From Selaginella moellendorffii (Eukaryota; Plantae; Lycopodiophyta): DNA of 64,000 nt. The stretch covers positions 1,332,659-1,396,658 of the forward strand of contig NW_003314279.1 of assembly GCF_000143415.4 (NCBI RefSeq). The letters are read 5' to 3'. Shown piece after piece: positions 23,268-34,431 of the stretch. The position numbers were made by a program, and so were the translations under genes. Position 1 is the stretch's first letter. Each line of letters opens with the position of its first letter. Below the pieces are notes generated by a model. The model saw only the letters and a list, made by a program, of their open reading frames with translations. It made no database searches and had not been told where the DNA came from.

Positions 23268-25954
23268 GTTTTAGTCCAAACGTGTTACTTTTGTTTGGCT
23301 TCCACTTTGTCCACTATTGTGTGGCACCTTTCGGCTTCACTTTTGGGGCTCTGGGATTTGTGTCTCATAAAAAGTTATACCTATTTGATAGGTGATGATA
23401 TAACCATTGAGAAGTCCAAAGCTAAAGTGAACATGGACAAATAAGTAGGGTAATTTAGTGAAGTGTTTAAGAGCTGACTTTAGCTCCCTTAGGAGATCGG
23501 ATGGTAAATACTCCTAATCCAAGTATGGGTGGCACTACTTACTTGGATATCTAGCATGGTTCATTGGAACATCATTCTAGCCACATGGCTAGGGCACCTT
23601 AAGACGGAAGGTGAGGAGTGTATTCACAAAGCTTGCATAAAGCCATAGTGTTTTGAAATGTCATCCCAAAGTTCTAGATTATGGAAAGGAAGAAGAACAA
23701 TCCTCTTATATAGTGACCAAGAATATGGTCATATGGTGTAGTGGTTGGGTCTTCAAGCCTTGATCCAATGGCAATGTTGGTAAATATGGTCATAGATGGA
23801 GAGGGATTTGGTATGGACTAAAGAAAGGATATTGGAAAAAGTTATTCCTCATGTCCTTAAGCATCCTAAAGATGCTAAAGTGTGGTCTTGGGAAGACTAT
23901 TTATAAATAGATGGCCTAATCTTTGAAAGATAGAATTATGGCACTAGACTACTAATGAAGCAAAGGTGAATAGACATAATCTTAGCATAATGGGTAAATA
24001 TATCAATAGTACCTTTTGTGTGTTTGTTGTGGGATTGGCTATATAGAACACTTGGACCAAGTGCAAAGCTAAAGTGGCATAGAAGCCATTCATGAGGCTG
24101 GCAAGTCCCTAAATTAGGAATAGAATTTAAGTAAGACTCCTCCAAGTGGTAAAAAATGTGGTAAAGTAAAATAGAAAACTTAGTTGTTTACAATAATCTC
24201 TACATATTCTATCCATCATTGTATTGAACATAGCCAAAGTATTACATAAACCAAATGGCATAATAAAGAATTCATAGAATTTGTAATAAGTATTATATAT
24301 TGTCTTCTCTACATCTTAATCTACATCCATATCTAATGATGCCCAGATTGTAAATTAAATTGTGTAAATTACTTAACCTTTCTTTATGCAAAGATGCCCA
24401 AGTCACAAGCTACAATATAATGGCAAGGCTAAAGCACCATAGGAGCTATTTTCTGGTTGGCATTCCATTGTAAAATCTCAAATGAGCACTTAGGCACTGG
24501 ACAAGAAATGGCTCTAGTCAACAGCTTGCTTGTGCATAAAAGTACTCAGGATTTGATAATGGGAGGATTTTAGGTAAAGTTGGATGGGACATGGATTTGG
24601 AGGAAGATACCCAAACCTTTGTAATCTAGCAGCCCCTATTCCATCCATTTCCACTTTGAGGAACTTTTCATTGTGGTATAATTTACTAAATGCAAACTAA
24701 AATCAAAACCCTCTTCTTATGTGATTCACTCCAGCCTTATATGGGAAGATCATATGGCAACTCCTCTTATTAAGATGCTAATCCTTAATTCTAGAATTTT
24801 TCCTCTCACCCTTTGTGGTCATTTGATGGCTCCTAGAAAGCTTTGGATTTCCCTTAGCTTCCTGACTGTCTAGTTTTTAATGTGGTTGTTGTTAATGATG
24901 GTGTTGTAGCACCTCTTATAGGTCCATTGAAGGTTAACTGAAATCCTATTGCCATCTCCTCTTTATCTCACTTTTCCTCATTGATTTCTACCTAAGTGCA
25001 CTACTTGGATTTCCTCGTCTTCTAGCCTTCCAAGAGTTGAGCTCCCTTCTGGCATTTAGGAGGATACTCCTTTCCAAAAATCTTGGTCTATAGACCTCTT
25101 TATCTATCACTGAACTTAGCCTTATTGGCTTATGTCACTACTGATATTCTGCCATGTGGCCAGGTGTGTGGTGAGTCCCTCCAAAAACACTGAAGCACAA
25201 GGTAAACAGAAATTCCAGGCAGAGATCCAGGATTTTAAGTGCTTTATTTAATGATGATTTATTTCATATAATACCAATTTGAGGGGTGACAATTGGGCGA
25301 CTCCCTCCACGTGGGAGGTTAGAATTCTGTGACCTACATTGCTGTCACTTGGATTGCCAAATATCAATTGCTAGGTGAAATTGTAAGTTCATATTTTTAG
25401 TTTCTCATAAGTATTGGAGGAAATTGCCTTCAAACTCGGTCTACAAACTCTGAAACTTAAGCAGAATCAATATGATGAAGTTATTGCAATCTTTTTTTGA
25501 CGTGCCATTAGGAATTAGGAAGAAGAGCGGATGGTCTTGGTCTCCCTCCATTTGGGAGGTTAATGGGAGGATGTTCGATGTACTTTCAAATGTATCTGAA
25601 ACAAAGAACTGGTGTTTGAAGACCAGCTGCAAAACCAGGGGGAGGGGGGGAAGTAGTTCAGTTGGTGTCCAAAGAGATCTTTTGCTTGCATGGAATCCCT
25701 CAATAACCTCACTGTGAGAGTTAGTAACAGGAAATTTCTGGAAAAAAGAGTTGCAATTCTCTTGAACGAAAAAAAATGTCCCTCTCCTTTCTTCAAAGTG
25801 GCAGCCTTCTTCTTGGCAAAGACCGCTCTTCTTTCACATGATTATGCCTGTAATCACACGTGGGCGAAACTGAACATTTGTTTCTCTAATTTTTGTCCTA
25901 CTATCCAGGCTTTACACTTGCATGCAACAATGCAGGTTTTCTTTGGATGAAGCT

Positions 25955-27805
25955 TCAAGATTCAAAGTACCTGTTTGTGAGCCAAGTCGAATCGCTTCTT
26001 ACAGCCTCTCCGTCCTGGTTACGGTGCCAATAGTAGAACGCATGCGTCCTGTTTTTGATCTCGAGCATTGCGTGACCAAAACTCGCCTCGCGATATGCCG
26101 AGTAGTTTGGCTGCGGTTGCGTGAAGCTGGGAAAATGTCCGTATAAATCTCACAGGGCCGGAAAGAGAAAACTAAGAAAAAACCACCTACTTTCCAGCGA
26201 GCCCTTCTATGTTTCCTCCATCGCCGACTGTTATGTAGACAGGCGCAGACTCGTTGCGGGATGGAGAGCATTGGCCGTTGACAACGTTGTACTCGATATT
26301 AGAGACGCGGTGCTGTGGTCACAAAAGCATTAAGAAGAGAAAGCAAGAAAAGAGAGAACAAAACTTACACTCCGTTCGTATGCATGAACGTGCCCGGCAA
26401 ACACAATGTCGACTCTGTATTGCACGAACCATGCTTCGAATTGCACACGCATCGTTTCGCCCTCCATGTAGTGATGGGTGTTACTGTTGTACCACGGGGA
26501 ATGCATCAAAACAATCACCCACGGGGTTTTCTTCCTGTTTATATTCTGGAGGTCATTCTGCAGCCATGCCCACTGCGGGGTATATTTCCCTGCACGACCG
26601 TTGCTTATAAGAAACATTAGTTCAGCAAACCATTCGCAAACCATATGCGGAGTATGAAGACAGCACGATGATGTGCGCTGACGCCCTGTTGATCGAATAC
26701 CAGAGCTGCGATGTACTCTTTGATGAACGATGGGGTGTTTGATAGCGATGAAGATACGGCTTGAATGGTATCACCTCGCTCTGGAAGAAGTTAGCACCGC
26801 CGGAAACTTGTAAGCTATATAACCTGGTAGAGTCTAGAATGCGCACTAGCTTACGATTGCTGGACGGTAGTCTAGCTCGTGGTTTCCCGCCGTCCAGATC
26901 CAAGGTTGATACGCGGTGCTCGGCTCCACCAATCGACCCCAAGTGTCCCAACGATTATTGTCGTCCAAGGGATAATGATCGGCGTATGAGAGGTCTCCGA
27001 CGTAAAGAAGAGTCTGTCCGCTGCTGTTTAAGTAGTGCTGAAAGGTGTTGAGGGAGTCATACGTCTGTCCGAGATCTCCTGCAACAGAAGCAGTTGTCGG
27101 TTTCGAACGGATATAATAGACACAAACCTATGACGCCAAATGTGTACGCAACGTCGGGGCCAGATTTCGGTGGAGTGACGAACCAGAATTCTCGAGCGCA
27201 TTCTCCATCGCCGAGCCTGTAGTAATACTTCGTAGCATACTTTGGACAAGGAAGCAAGAACCAAAAACAAGGACACAACAGTGAGTCGGCCAGAAAACTG
27301 TAGATCATATCAAACACACCTCGAGATTAGTGAGCTTCACATGGTGGATGTAGCCAGATGTGTAGTTCGCGTACTTATACCTTGTGATGTTTCCAGTCGC
27401 CGTCCTTGAGTACTTTGCGGTCTCGTTTCCAAAACTTACAGCCAACGATCCAGGTTGCGACGGAGTAACCCAGGAAACGATCGTGGAATCCGCAGTAACA
27501 CTCCCTTGCGTTATGTGGACCTGGAACACAAAGTCCTAATCAAACCGAGGAGTTATCGCAAAGAAAACCTGTTCTGGCGCATTTCCACAGCCTGCTAGAT
27601 TAGGAGGTCGCAGAAATTCGCTGCCGACGGGCAAATCCTCCGAGGCTTGGAGCCTCCGCCGGTAAGAGCTTGTGATTCCCGAAGAGCCGCATTGGAGCTG
27701 GAGCTGGAGGATGATCGTGAGAAGCGGCAGCGGCAGCCCTGCAAAGCATGGCTCAAGAATCGCTGGCTGCAATGCCGCACTGATCGGCGCTAGAGAATGT
27801 GCCAT
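25955..27805 (-). CDS. PAP: Purple acid phosphatase (PAP10/12/26-like), about 8 exons
   Basis: All metal-binding blocks are present: GDLG, GDLSYAD, GNHE, VLMH, GHVH. Also NAPEQ|VHITQG and C-terminal [28 protein letters not shown]. Start may be 27805 or 27832. Confidence 0.95.
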
Positions 27806-27989
27806 ACCTGAGGCGAGAGCATTGATCGCCATCCACGCTCGCGGGCCTTCGCAGCGCGCCTGCGATGGAACTTTATATGAGTCAACAGGCGGCACATATT
27901 CGCATCTATTCGTTTGCATGTCGTGCTAATATAAAATACTCATCTACGCGCAAAGGTCGGCTCCGTACGAGGACTGTCATGGACCTTCC

Positions 27990-29320
27990 CGTACGGCCAT
28001 CGATACCTTGGACTCCAACAAGCTCATCGAGACTTATGGAAAGAATGGAAGAATCGCCTTGCCTGCATCACAAGAGGTGGCCTGTTGGCTCCAACTCCGT
28101 CTGCCCAGTTGATCTCGTTGTTTCATAAACGCTGGATACAGTGCCCTTGGCAATCCTTCCTCCATAGCCCAGCCATGCACGCCGCACGTAGCCTCCCCGC
28201 TGCTTGTCTCGCCAACTTTCACCTGGTGAGCAGCCTTTAGACACTCCACCACCTTGCCCCGGAGATTTTCCGCATCGCTGTGGCAGTAAAGAAGCTGCCA
28301 GCATTCCTCAGCATCCCATTACCACCGCTAGCCAGCCACGCGGCACCTCTCGAGGTTCACCATATATCGGGGGTGCGTCGACCCACGCTTTGTGGACTGC
28401 ATACCCGTACAGCTGAACACTGCAGTCTTCGCATTGCTTGACAAGATAGACTCGCTTATCTGGATGCATTTGTTCCACTGTCGTCCCAGAATTCATAAAG
28501 CGCCAGATTGTTGGTAATACTCCCGCAGCCCGAGAGCCGCCTGCTTCACCGCCGCACAAACAACCGCACCGTGCACCCTGATCATGACTATGAATCGCTG
28601 CGGGAAGGAGCAAGCCAGAGGCTGGTGGCCTCAGCAGCACCAACCTGAAGCAGCTGTCCAACACGCTCGAGGATGAGTACCGGGAAGCATGTATCAGGCT
28701 CTCCTCCCGGCAAGTGCTATAGTAGAGCTTGTAATTGAGTAATGCGTGTGACTGGGGCTCCGTCTTCGCCAGTGACATGCCCCGCTCCAGTTTTGTGAGT
28801 ACCAGAAGAGCCTCGCTCTTCCCGAATACCCAAGTCTATGCTTGTTCTCTTCCCTGTGCACGACTCATCTTCCAAATGCAGCCCAAGGTACTCCTTCCAC
28901 TGCCTCCGCAGCGCACTAGTCATTTCGAACTCGTCATCATCAAAACGCGGATGCAGCGACCGTGCTTACACTGTCCAGAAAGGTTCCAAACACGGGATGT
29001 ACAAGCTGCGGAGGCGCAGCCAATGCGGGCCGGAAGTTGAGAACCTCGGCATTGTTTCCTGACTGCTCCTCCTTGACGAGGCCATAATCCTGTTTTGAAG
29101 GCCGCCCCACTTTGCCGAATTGCGGATCACGTAACACATCTGAACAGAAAAGAGGGCATGGCTCAGGAGGAGTAAGTAACCTAGATGTACAAACCTGGGG
29201 GGAGCGCGTAACTGTAATCGCCCTCAGGGAGTGCTCGTATAGATAATTCCATTCACGTCGACCAGGCGCGGATCTTTCCTTTGGCCAAACCTTGCTTCGA
29301 CTCGATCGAACATTTCCATG
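27990..29320 (-). pseudogene. Frameshifted relic of a Crinkler-like protein (restriction-endonuclease-fold + kinase)
   Basis: Across several frames: NFRPALAAPPQLVHPVFGTFLD, SIDLGI...LLVLTKLERG...EPQSHALLNY, YGYAVHKAW...APPIYG...VPRGWLAVVM, CGVHG, ALYPAFM. Motif order matches the nuclease+kinase family as recalled; frameshifts and deletions present. Confidence 0.55.
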
Positions 29321-29507
29321 GCCGAACCGTGGAGAACATCGTCACCATTCTAGTAAAAAGGGCTTTCGTTTTAGAATTTTAAAATACCTTTGTTCACGGA
29401 GAATCCGCAGCAGCCCGGATGATATGCGAGCCAAAGTTCAGCAGCTATGGTCTTTGCTCCCTACAAAGAATCTGATCGTTGTTTCCGGTGTTCGGTGTTT
29501 CGGAGTT

Positions 29508-31500
29508 TTATGCTCTGACAATCACAATGGGTGTCTGCTCATCCGAATTCCCTGCAAACGTTTCAATTAGTCAGTGAACGAAGAGCAACCATCTTTCAGC
29601 TCACCAGCAGGATTGTTGATCAAAGCTTGCGATAAGGTGTCGTGGTCCACACCGTCGGATGCCTACACACGATGAGGTTGGATCGGTCTCCAAAACAAAG
29701 CCAAGCATCCATTTACATACGGCTAGTATTTGGACTTTCTTCAAATCGTTCACGTCCACGACAGCCACTTCACATCCTGCGAAGGTAAGCTAGACAATGC
29801 TAGACAATCCATCTCACACGATTACCTGTTTTAGCTTTGAGAGCATCCACGGTGGCTTTAGTGTGAACCTTCAGGAAAACTGGGTCAAAGAAGAAATCTT
29901 GAGAAAAAAATATCTTGCAAAAACTGTACCGGCCCAAGTGTTATGAATTGATCGTAAGGTGGGAGAGTTCCGGTAACATCATCGATCAGCCTAGCCTGCA
30001 AAATAAAATCTGAAGTAACATGCATGAAAATCACAGAGTCGTACCTGTGCCCCGGCTAGTCGGTAGAACATGCCTCGCTGCCCAAATAGTCTACGAATGT
30101 TCTGCAACGCGTAATATCGTCAAGAATGATTCGATTTTTTCTTACCTTGCAATAACTGCAATGACGACCGCAAAGACAATCCTGAGCTTCCCAGATATGT
30201 CAATCAAAGCCTGTGATTATCCGAAATAAGCGTAATGTACTGGGAAAGGAAAGCTTATGTACCTGCATACCACATGCGGTAGCGAGGGACGATGTTGGAT
30301 GGAAGAGACGACACACCAGCTTTGCAAGAAGGCCAGGTTGCAAGCTTGTAGGATGACGGTAACGCCCTGAAAGGATGTCAGCTCGCTATTTTCCATACAG
30401 TTACCTTGCATTATGGCAAGTGGCGTCTCTCCTATGGCGATGACATCGCCCGGCTTGACGTATGGAAGCGCGTATCTTTTCTTTTGCAGCGTACATGATC
30501 AGAAAAAATAAAAAATAAAAAACTAACCATGTCAAAGGTATCTCACCTTTTAAGAACCTCCAGAGGATCATCTAGATGGCACAGAAGATGTGTGCAGATC
30601 GGCTGTATCTTCAACGCCTCCCTAAAAGCAAAAGTAGATTAGAAAACTGTGATGAGACTCGGAACTTGCTTACGAAGCCTTGGAAGGCGAATCGGGGTAG
30701 TGCGTTGGAAGAACGACGTGTTGAGAATGATTTGTCCGTCCATGAGGACCATAACAAACATACTCCATCTCGACGCAAAGAGCCTGCATATTGTTTCATC
30801 AGCTTACAACAATGAACGTCAAAGGTACGTGCCTGCAAATCCGAGAGGAGCAAAGGACTATGCGATTCGACATCGACCACCACCTATTTATTCATGAACA
30901 GATTCAGTACCTGAGAGAAAAAGCTACACACACACCTCTATCGACGTGCTTTCTCCAGCTCTAGTTATGTAAGCAGGCCAGTAGCAATCGTTCCTCGGCT
31001 CTGGCTTGTTTCCTGGATGTCTAGAAAGAATCTGCGATGAAAAGCTACAGAATAGAGAAGTTGAGATTTATCAAAACAATACGAACCTTGAGCTTCGTTT
31101 TGATCGACTCGACTGAGCCTTCCGAGAGGAGCTGGAGCTTCCCTTGGGTCTCGGCAATGAACAGCTCGTGGCGTCTCGTCATGTTAGAAAACCTTCGAGG
31201 AAATAAACCAAAACAATACAAACCAAGAGAGAAAAATGCTAGCCATTCACCTCATAATCCCTCGAAACTGATAGTGGCAAGCCTCGTGACGATCCCAAGA
31301 CCATGATCCACGGCTAAGAACAAGACCATTGCCAGGAAGATTTCTCTGCGAGAGAAATCACAAGACAATACGTGTGACAGATCGATCCATACCTGCATTG
31401 AGAGAAGACGGGGGAGCTCCTGCGAGAGCCACTGCGCATTGCGCCCTCCGTACGTGCACTCCGCCGCGGCGGGCGCTCCCGCCAATCCCAGAGACGCCAT
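29508..31500 (-). CDS. F420-0:gamma-glutamyl ligase-like (CofE / F420_ligase fold) protein of cyanobacterial type, 16 exons
   Basis: Manually spliced in frame: ...[50 protein letters not shown]...[16 protein letters not shown]...[32 protein letters not shown]...[15 protein letters not shown]...[18 protein letters not shown]. Confidence 0.85.
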
Positions 31501-31681
31501 GGCGGGCTTTTAGGTAGAGCCCTAAACTCTGAGGAGCTCCAAGAACAATGCTGTTGTCTCAAGCATTTCCCTCGAATCCTCTCTGCCAGGAGCTATTCCT
31601 GCCAAGAACCAAGCACAAGGTGAGAGATCGATGAAATATCTTGCCTGAATCGAGATTTCTCTGGATTTCCAGCGATCGTCG

Positions 31682-32071
31682 ATGATCATCCAAGCCGGGG
31701 GATGGACGGGCAAATCATCCGGCGAGCCCGGCAAGAATCGCAAATCCTGGAAGCGCGCAACGGAGAAGTACATGAGGCCCTTCTCGATCGATGTCTACAT
31801 CTCCGCGCGCTACGTGAACGCCAAGATCGTCCACCGCGTGACGAGCAAGACGGTGGCCGTGGCGACGACCAACGCCAAGGATCTGAGAGCTTCGCTGCCA
31901 TCGCTCACCAGCGCCAGCGCCTGCGAGGTGATCGGCAAGCTCATCGCGGAGAGGGCAATGGAGGCGGATGTGTACGCTGTGACGTATGTGCCCAGGAAGA
32001 ATGAGAGGCTGCAAGAGAAGCTTGAGATCGTGCTCAACACTGTCAAGGAGAATGGCGTCGCTGTGCTCTGA
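31682..32071 (+). CDS. Organellar ribosomal protein uL18 family protein
   Basis: 129 aa: IDVYISARYVNAKIVHRVTSKTVAVATT...ACEVIGKLIAERAMEADV, the L18p signature. Confidence 0.85.
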   Translation: MIIQAGGWTGKSSGEPGKNRKSWKRATEKYMRPFSIDVYISARYVNAKIVHRVTSKTVAVATTNAKDLRASLPSLTSASACEVIGKLIAERAMEADVYAVTYVPRKNERLQEKLEIVLNTVKENGVAVL

Positions 32072-32465
32072 TCGCAAGTGCCGTTGGAGATTTGCCCGTG
32101 GATGCCTGGAATCGATCGATCGATAAGAAGAACAGGAGATTCCCAGACCGGGCATCTTGCCATGTGATGATTTGGGGGCAAAGGAGAGAGCCGATGCTTT
32201 CTGGAAAGAAGTGATGGATGATTTTGAGATTTATGGAGAGAGAGAATGGCCAACGATGTGTTGATCGTCCTCGTCGCCTGGGGGATTCTTTTTTGCGAAG
32301 ACCAAGAAGCGCTCGATTCCTGCATGGCAATGCTGTGAAAATTTCCCTAGATTTGAGAGCGATCCAGGAGTTCTACCTCAGATAACAGTACCAGTGATGC
32401 CGTGATCCAAAAAATCGACGCTCTTGATCACAAAATACCTCTCTCCACCTCTCGATCGATCCGAT

Positions 32466-32952
32466 CTAGATGCTGTAATATCGGAATGGGCATGTTCTTC
32501 CGCCGCTCCCGACACGCTGGATCTTCTTTTGCTTCAGCAGCCTGGAAAGACGAGGAGATCCATCAAGAACGCGAGAAGATCGAAAGAAGAGAGGGGAGAA
32601 TGGTTTACAGCCGAAGCGCCTTGCTGGTGTCGGGATTATTGCCGAGAAGCTCCCGGATGATCTTCTCGGTGGGGAGCAAGTCCTCGCTGTCCGATAGAAC
32701 CCCAAGAACCACGGCGGCCGTCCGCTGGATGCGAGTAGCATCCCTCGCCCTGGGAGCGCGCCGCTTCTTGTGGAGGTGGATCGCGGCGGCCAGGCTCGGC
32801 GAATTCAGAGCGCATGCAACCGCGGCAAGACGGAGCAGATTCTCGCAATTTTCCCTGCGACCGGGCAGCTGTGGAGGCGGATCCCTGCGAATGCCGGCGT
32901 TGCCGCTGAGGAAGAGCGCCAGTTCTTGATCCGCCATCGCCGCCATCGCCAC
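32466..32952 (-). CDS. Small plant protein with C-terminal helix-turn-helix/winged-helix-like domain, 2 exons
   Basis: EKIIRELLGNNPDTSKALRL|LLKQKKIQRVGSGGRTCPFRY after splicing one short intron. Resembles a conserved plant motif (LGDSPDTSKALR...GxGGRxDP). Confidence 0.7.
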
Positions 32953-33164
32953 AAGCTCGCTGGAGAGCTCGAAACAAAACCTCGACAGAATTTGAATTTA
33001 AATTTGGGCGGGCTGCCGGCCTGCGGATGCCATAGAATATGCCTCTCTTTTCCTTCTCGAGCTCGGGCGCGCGGTACGATGCACAAGACTTTTCGATCCC
33101 GCGCGGTATAATGGCGGTAGACGGGCAGTGCCGCACGGTACGAAGCACAAGAGAAGAAGATGTA

Positions 33165-34369
33165 CTAAGAAGGAACGATTTTTAAGAGCTCGATATCAAA
33201 CAAAAGAGTCTTGTCTATGAGTCCCTGGTTCTTGAGCACGAAATCCAGCGCCCTTTGTCCCTGGAGAGATTGAAGCATTGGTTACTGTATCAATCGAAGT
33301 AGTTGAGCTTACAGAGAATGTGGTTGGCTTGGGTTCCTTCTTGTTGTAATCGTTCTCGGGATACCCCAGCTCCGGTGGGACGATTATCCTGTTGATCGAA
33401 AAATCTCGTCAAACAAGCTCGCAAGTAAGATCAAGGTACCTTCTCACTCCACCCACGGACATGGATGCTACAGCCTCTTCAAACGCGGGGATTACCTAGA
33501 AGTTTGGAACGAGTCATGGAGGTTTTCAAGGCTAGAGATTTAGTACCTCGCTCCTTCCGACTTTGAATCGAAAGAGCTCTTTCTCGTTTCCCTGGAAAAC
33601 CAGTAAACGTTGTCCACGGATCATATAAAAAACTATGTACCTCAAAAGATCCTCCCTTGGCTTTGTTCCGTGCTTCGAAAATGCGACCGTAGTAACCAAT
33701 CGTGTAGCCAGCCCAGTCCACCTGAGAAAGTTCATTGAGAGCTTTACAAGTCCAGTTGAAGGTTTCAGATAGAAGATCGCTTACCACTACAGTTTCACCA
33801 GGCTTTGGAATGGGACCTGTTCCCATCTTTAGATCCTGAAAGAAATCGTCGTCGAGAGCGACTTCATGCAAAAAATTCTTCTGCACTACCTTAAACTGCA
33901 GACCGGATGGAGTTTCTTTGAAATCCGGATAGCGCATCTTCGTCTTCCCATAGTCCTTTCCTCTTAGAGCGGGCACTGGAAAAATAAAGAGCAGCTTTAG
34001 AAAATGAAAGCAAAGAATGAAAACTCGTACTATCTGCAAATTCTGCGTCAGCAGCTCCAACTCCCAGTAGTATAGGCACAAAAAATCCGGCTATAAATTC
34101 CCGGCGATGCTTACACAAGTCTTCTCTGTAAACTGATTGCTCAAAGTTAAGAAGGAAAACTTAGCTTTGGGAGCTGACCTTCTGGGAGCCTTTGAAGGCA
34201 GATCTTCGTCCGGCTCGCAACGTCCGCTTGTTTCTGAAGGGAACAAATGAAATGGGGCAGTGAGAAACTGAATCACAAGCAAAGTGATATAGAGACTTAC
34301 AGCACAATTGTCCTGTTGCGAGAGATTCTTGAAGGCGGAAGAAGTAGAAGCGTAGAGCATCAGCGCCAT
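33165..34369 (-). CDS. FKBP19: Peptidyl-prolyl cis-trans isomerase FKBP19, thylakoid lumen, multi-exon
   Basis: ALRGKDYGKTKMRYPDF, VDWAGYTIGYYGRIFEARNK, VIPAFEEAV, IIVPPELGYP, GQRALDFVLKNQGLIDKTLLFDIELLK; twin-Arg signal RRREF. Confidence 0.93.
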
Positions 34370-34431
34370 ATCTCTTTATCCCGACCTAAGCGAGCACCAC
34401 GTAAGCAAGCATTCGGCTTACCTGCAAGCTC

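Larger units (their letters stand above)
17593..23369 (-). mobile_element. Same-family LTR element in opposite orientation, internally deleted
   Basis: About 970 bp direct repeats at 17593-18570 and 20618-21565 (further partial copy about 21580-22225). PBS-like TGGTATTGGAGC on the minus strand at 20603-20614 next to the LTR end. Imperfect TSD GAAAG/AAAAG. Confidence 0.65.
16900..24192 (+). mobile_element. Solo LTR (TGTGAGACA...TTTACA) inserted in the RT gene with TSD ATAAT, split by a second insertion
   Basis: ATAAT at 16895-16899 and 24193-24197. The halves 16900-17592 and 23375-24192 join into the reverse complement of the LTR at 20618-23369. Confidence 0.75.
13860..24385 (-). mobile_element. 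Degenerate Ty3/gypsy chromovirus-type retrotransposon (RT, RNase H, integrase, chromodomain), interrupted by nested insertions
   Basis: Minus-strand remnants with many stops: chromodomain KEYLIKWKAYPSCE (about 14680-14730), integrase LIVVMNRLSKITHFIP (15390-15626), RT YIDDILVF (about 16855-16880) continuing at 24198-24385 (FYEFFIMPFGLCN, QFNLQSGHH). PPT-like AAAGGGGGGAAA at about 14082-14093. Outer limits approximate. Confidence 0.8.

Noticed and set aside
25400-25720. Coding-like remnant between the TE nest and PAP
   Set aside because: No recognisable motif and no consistent frame.
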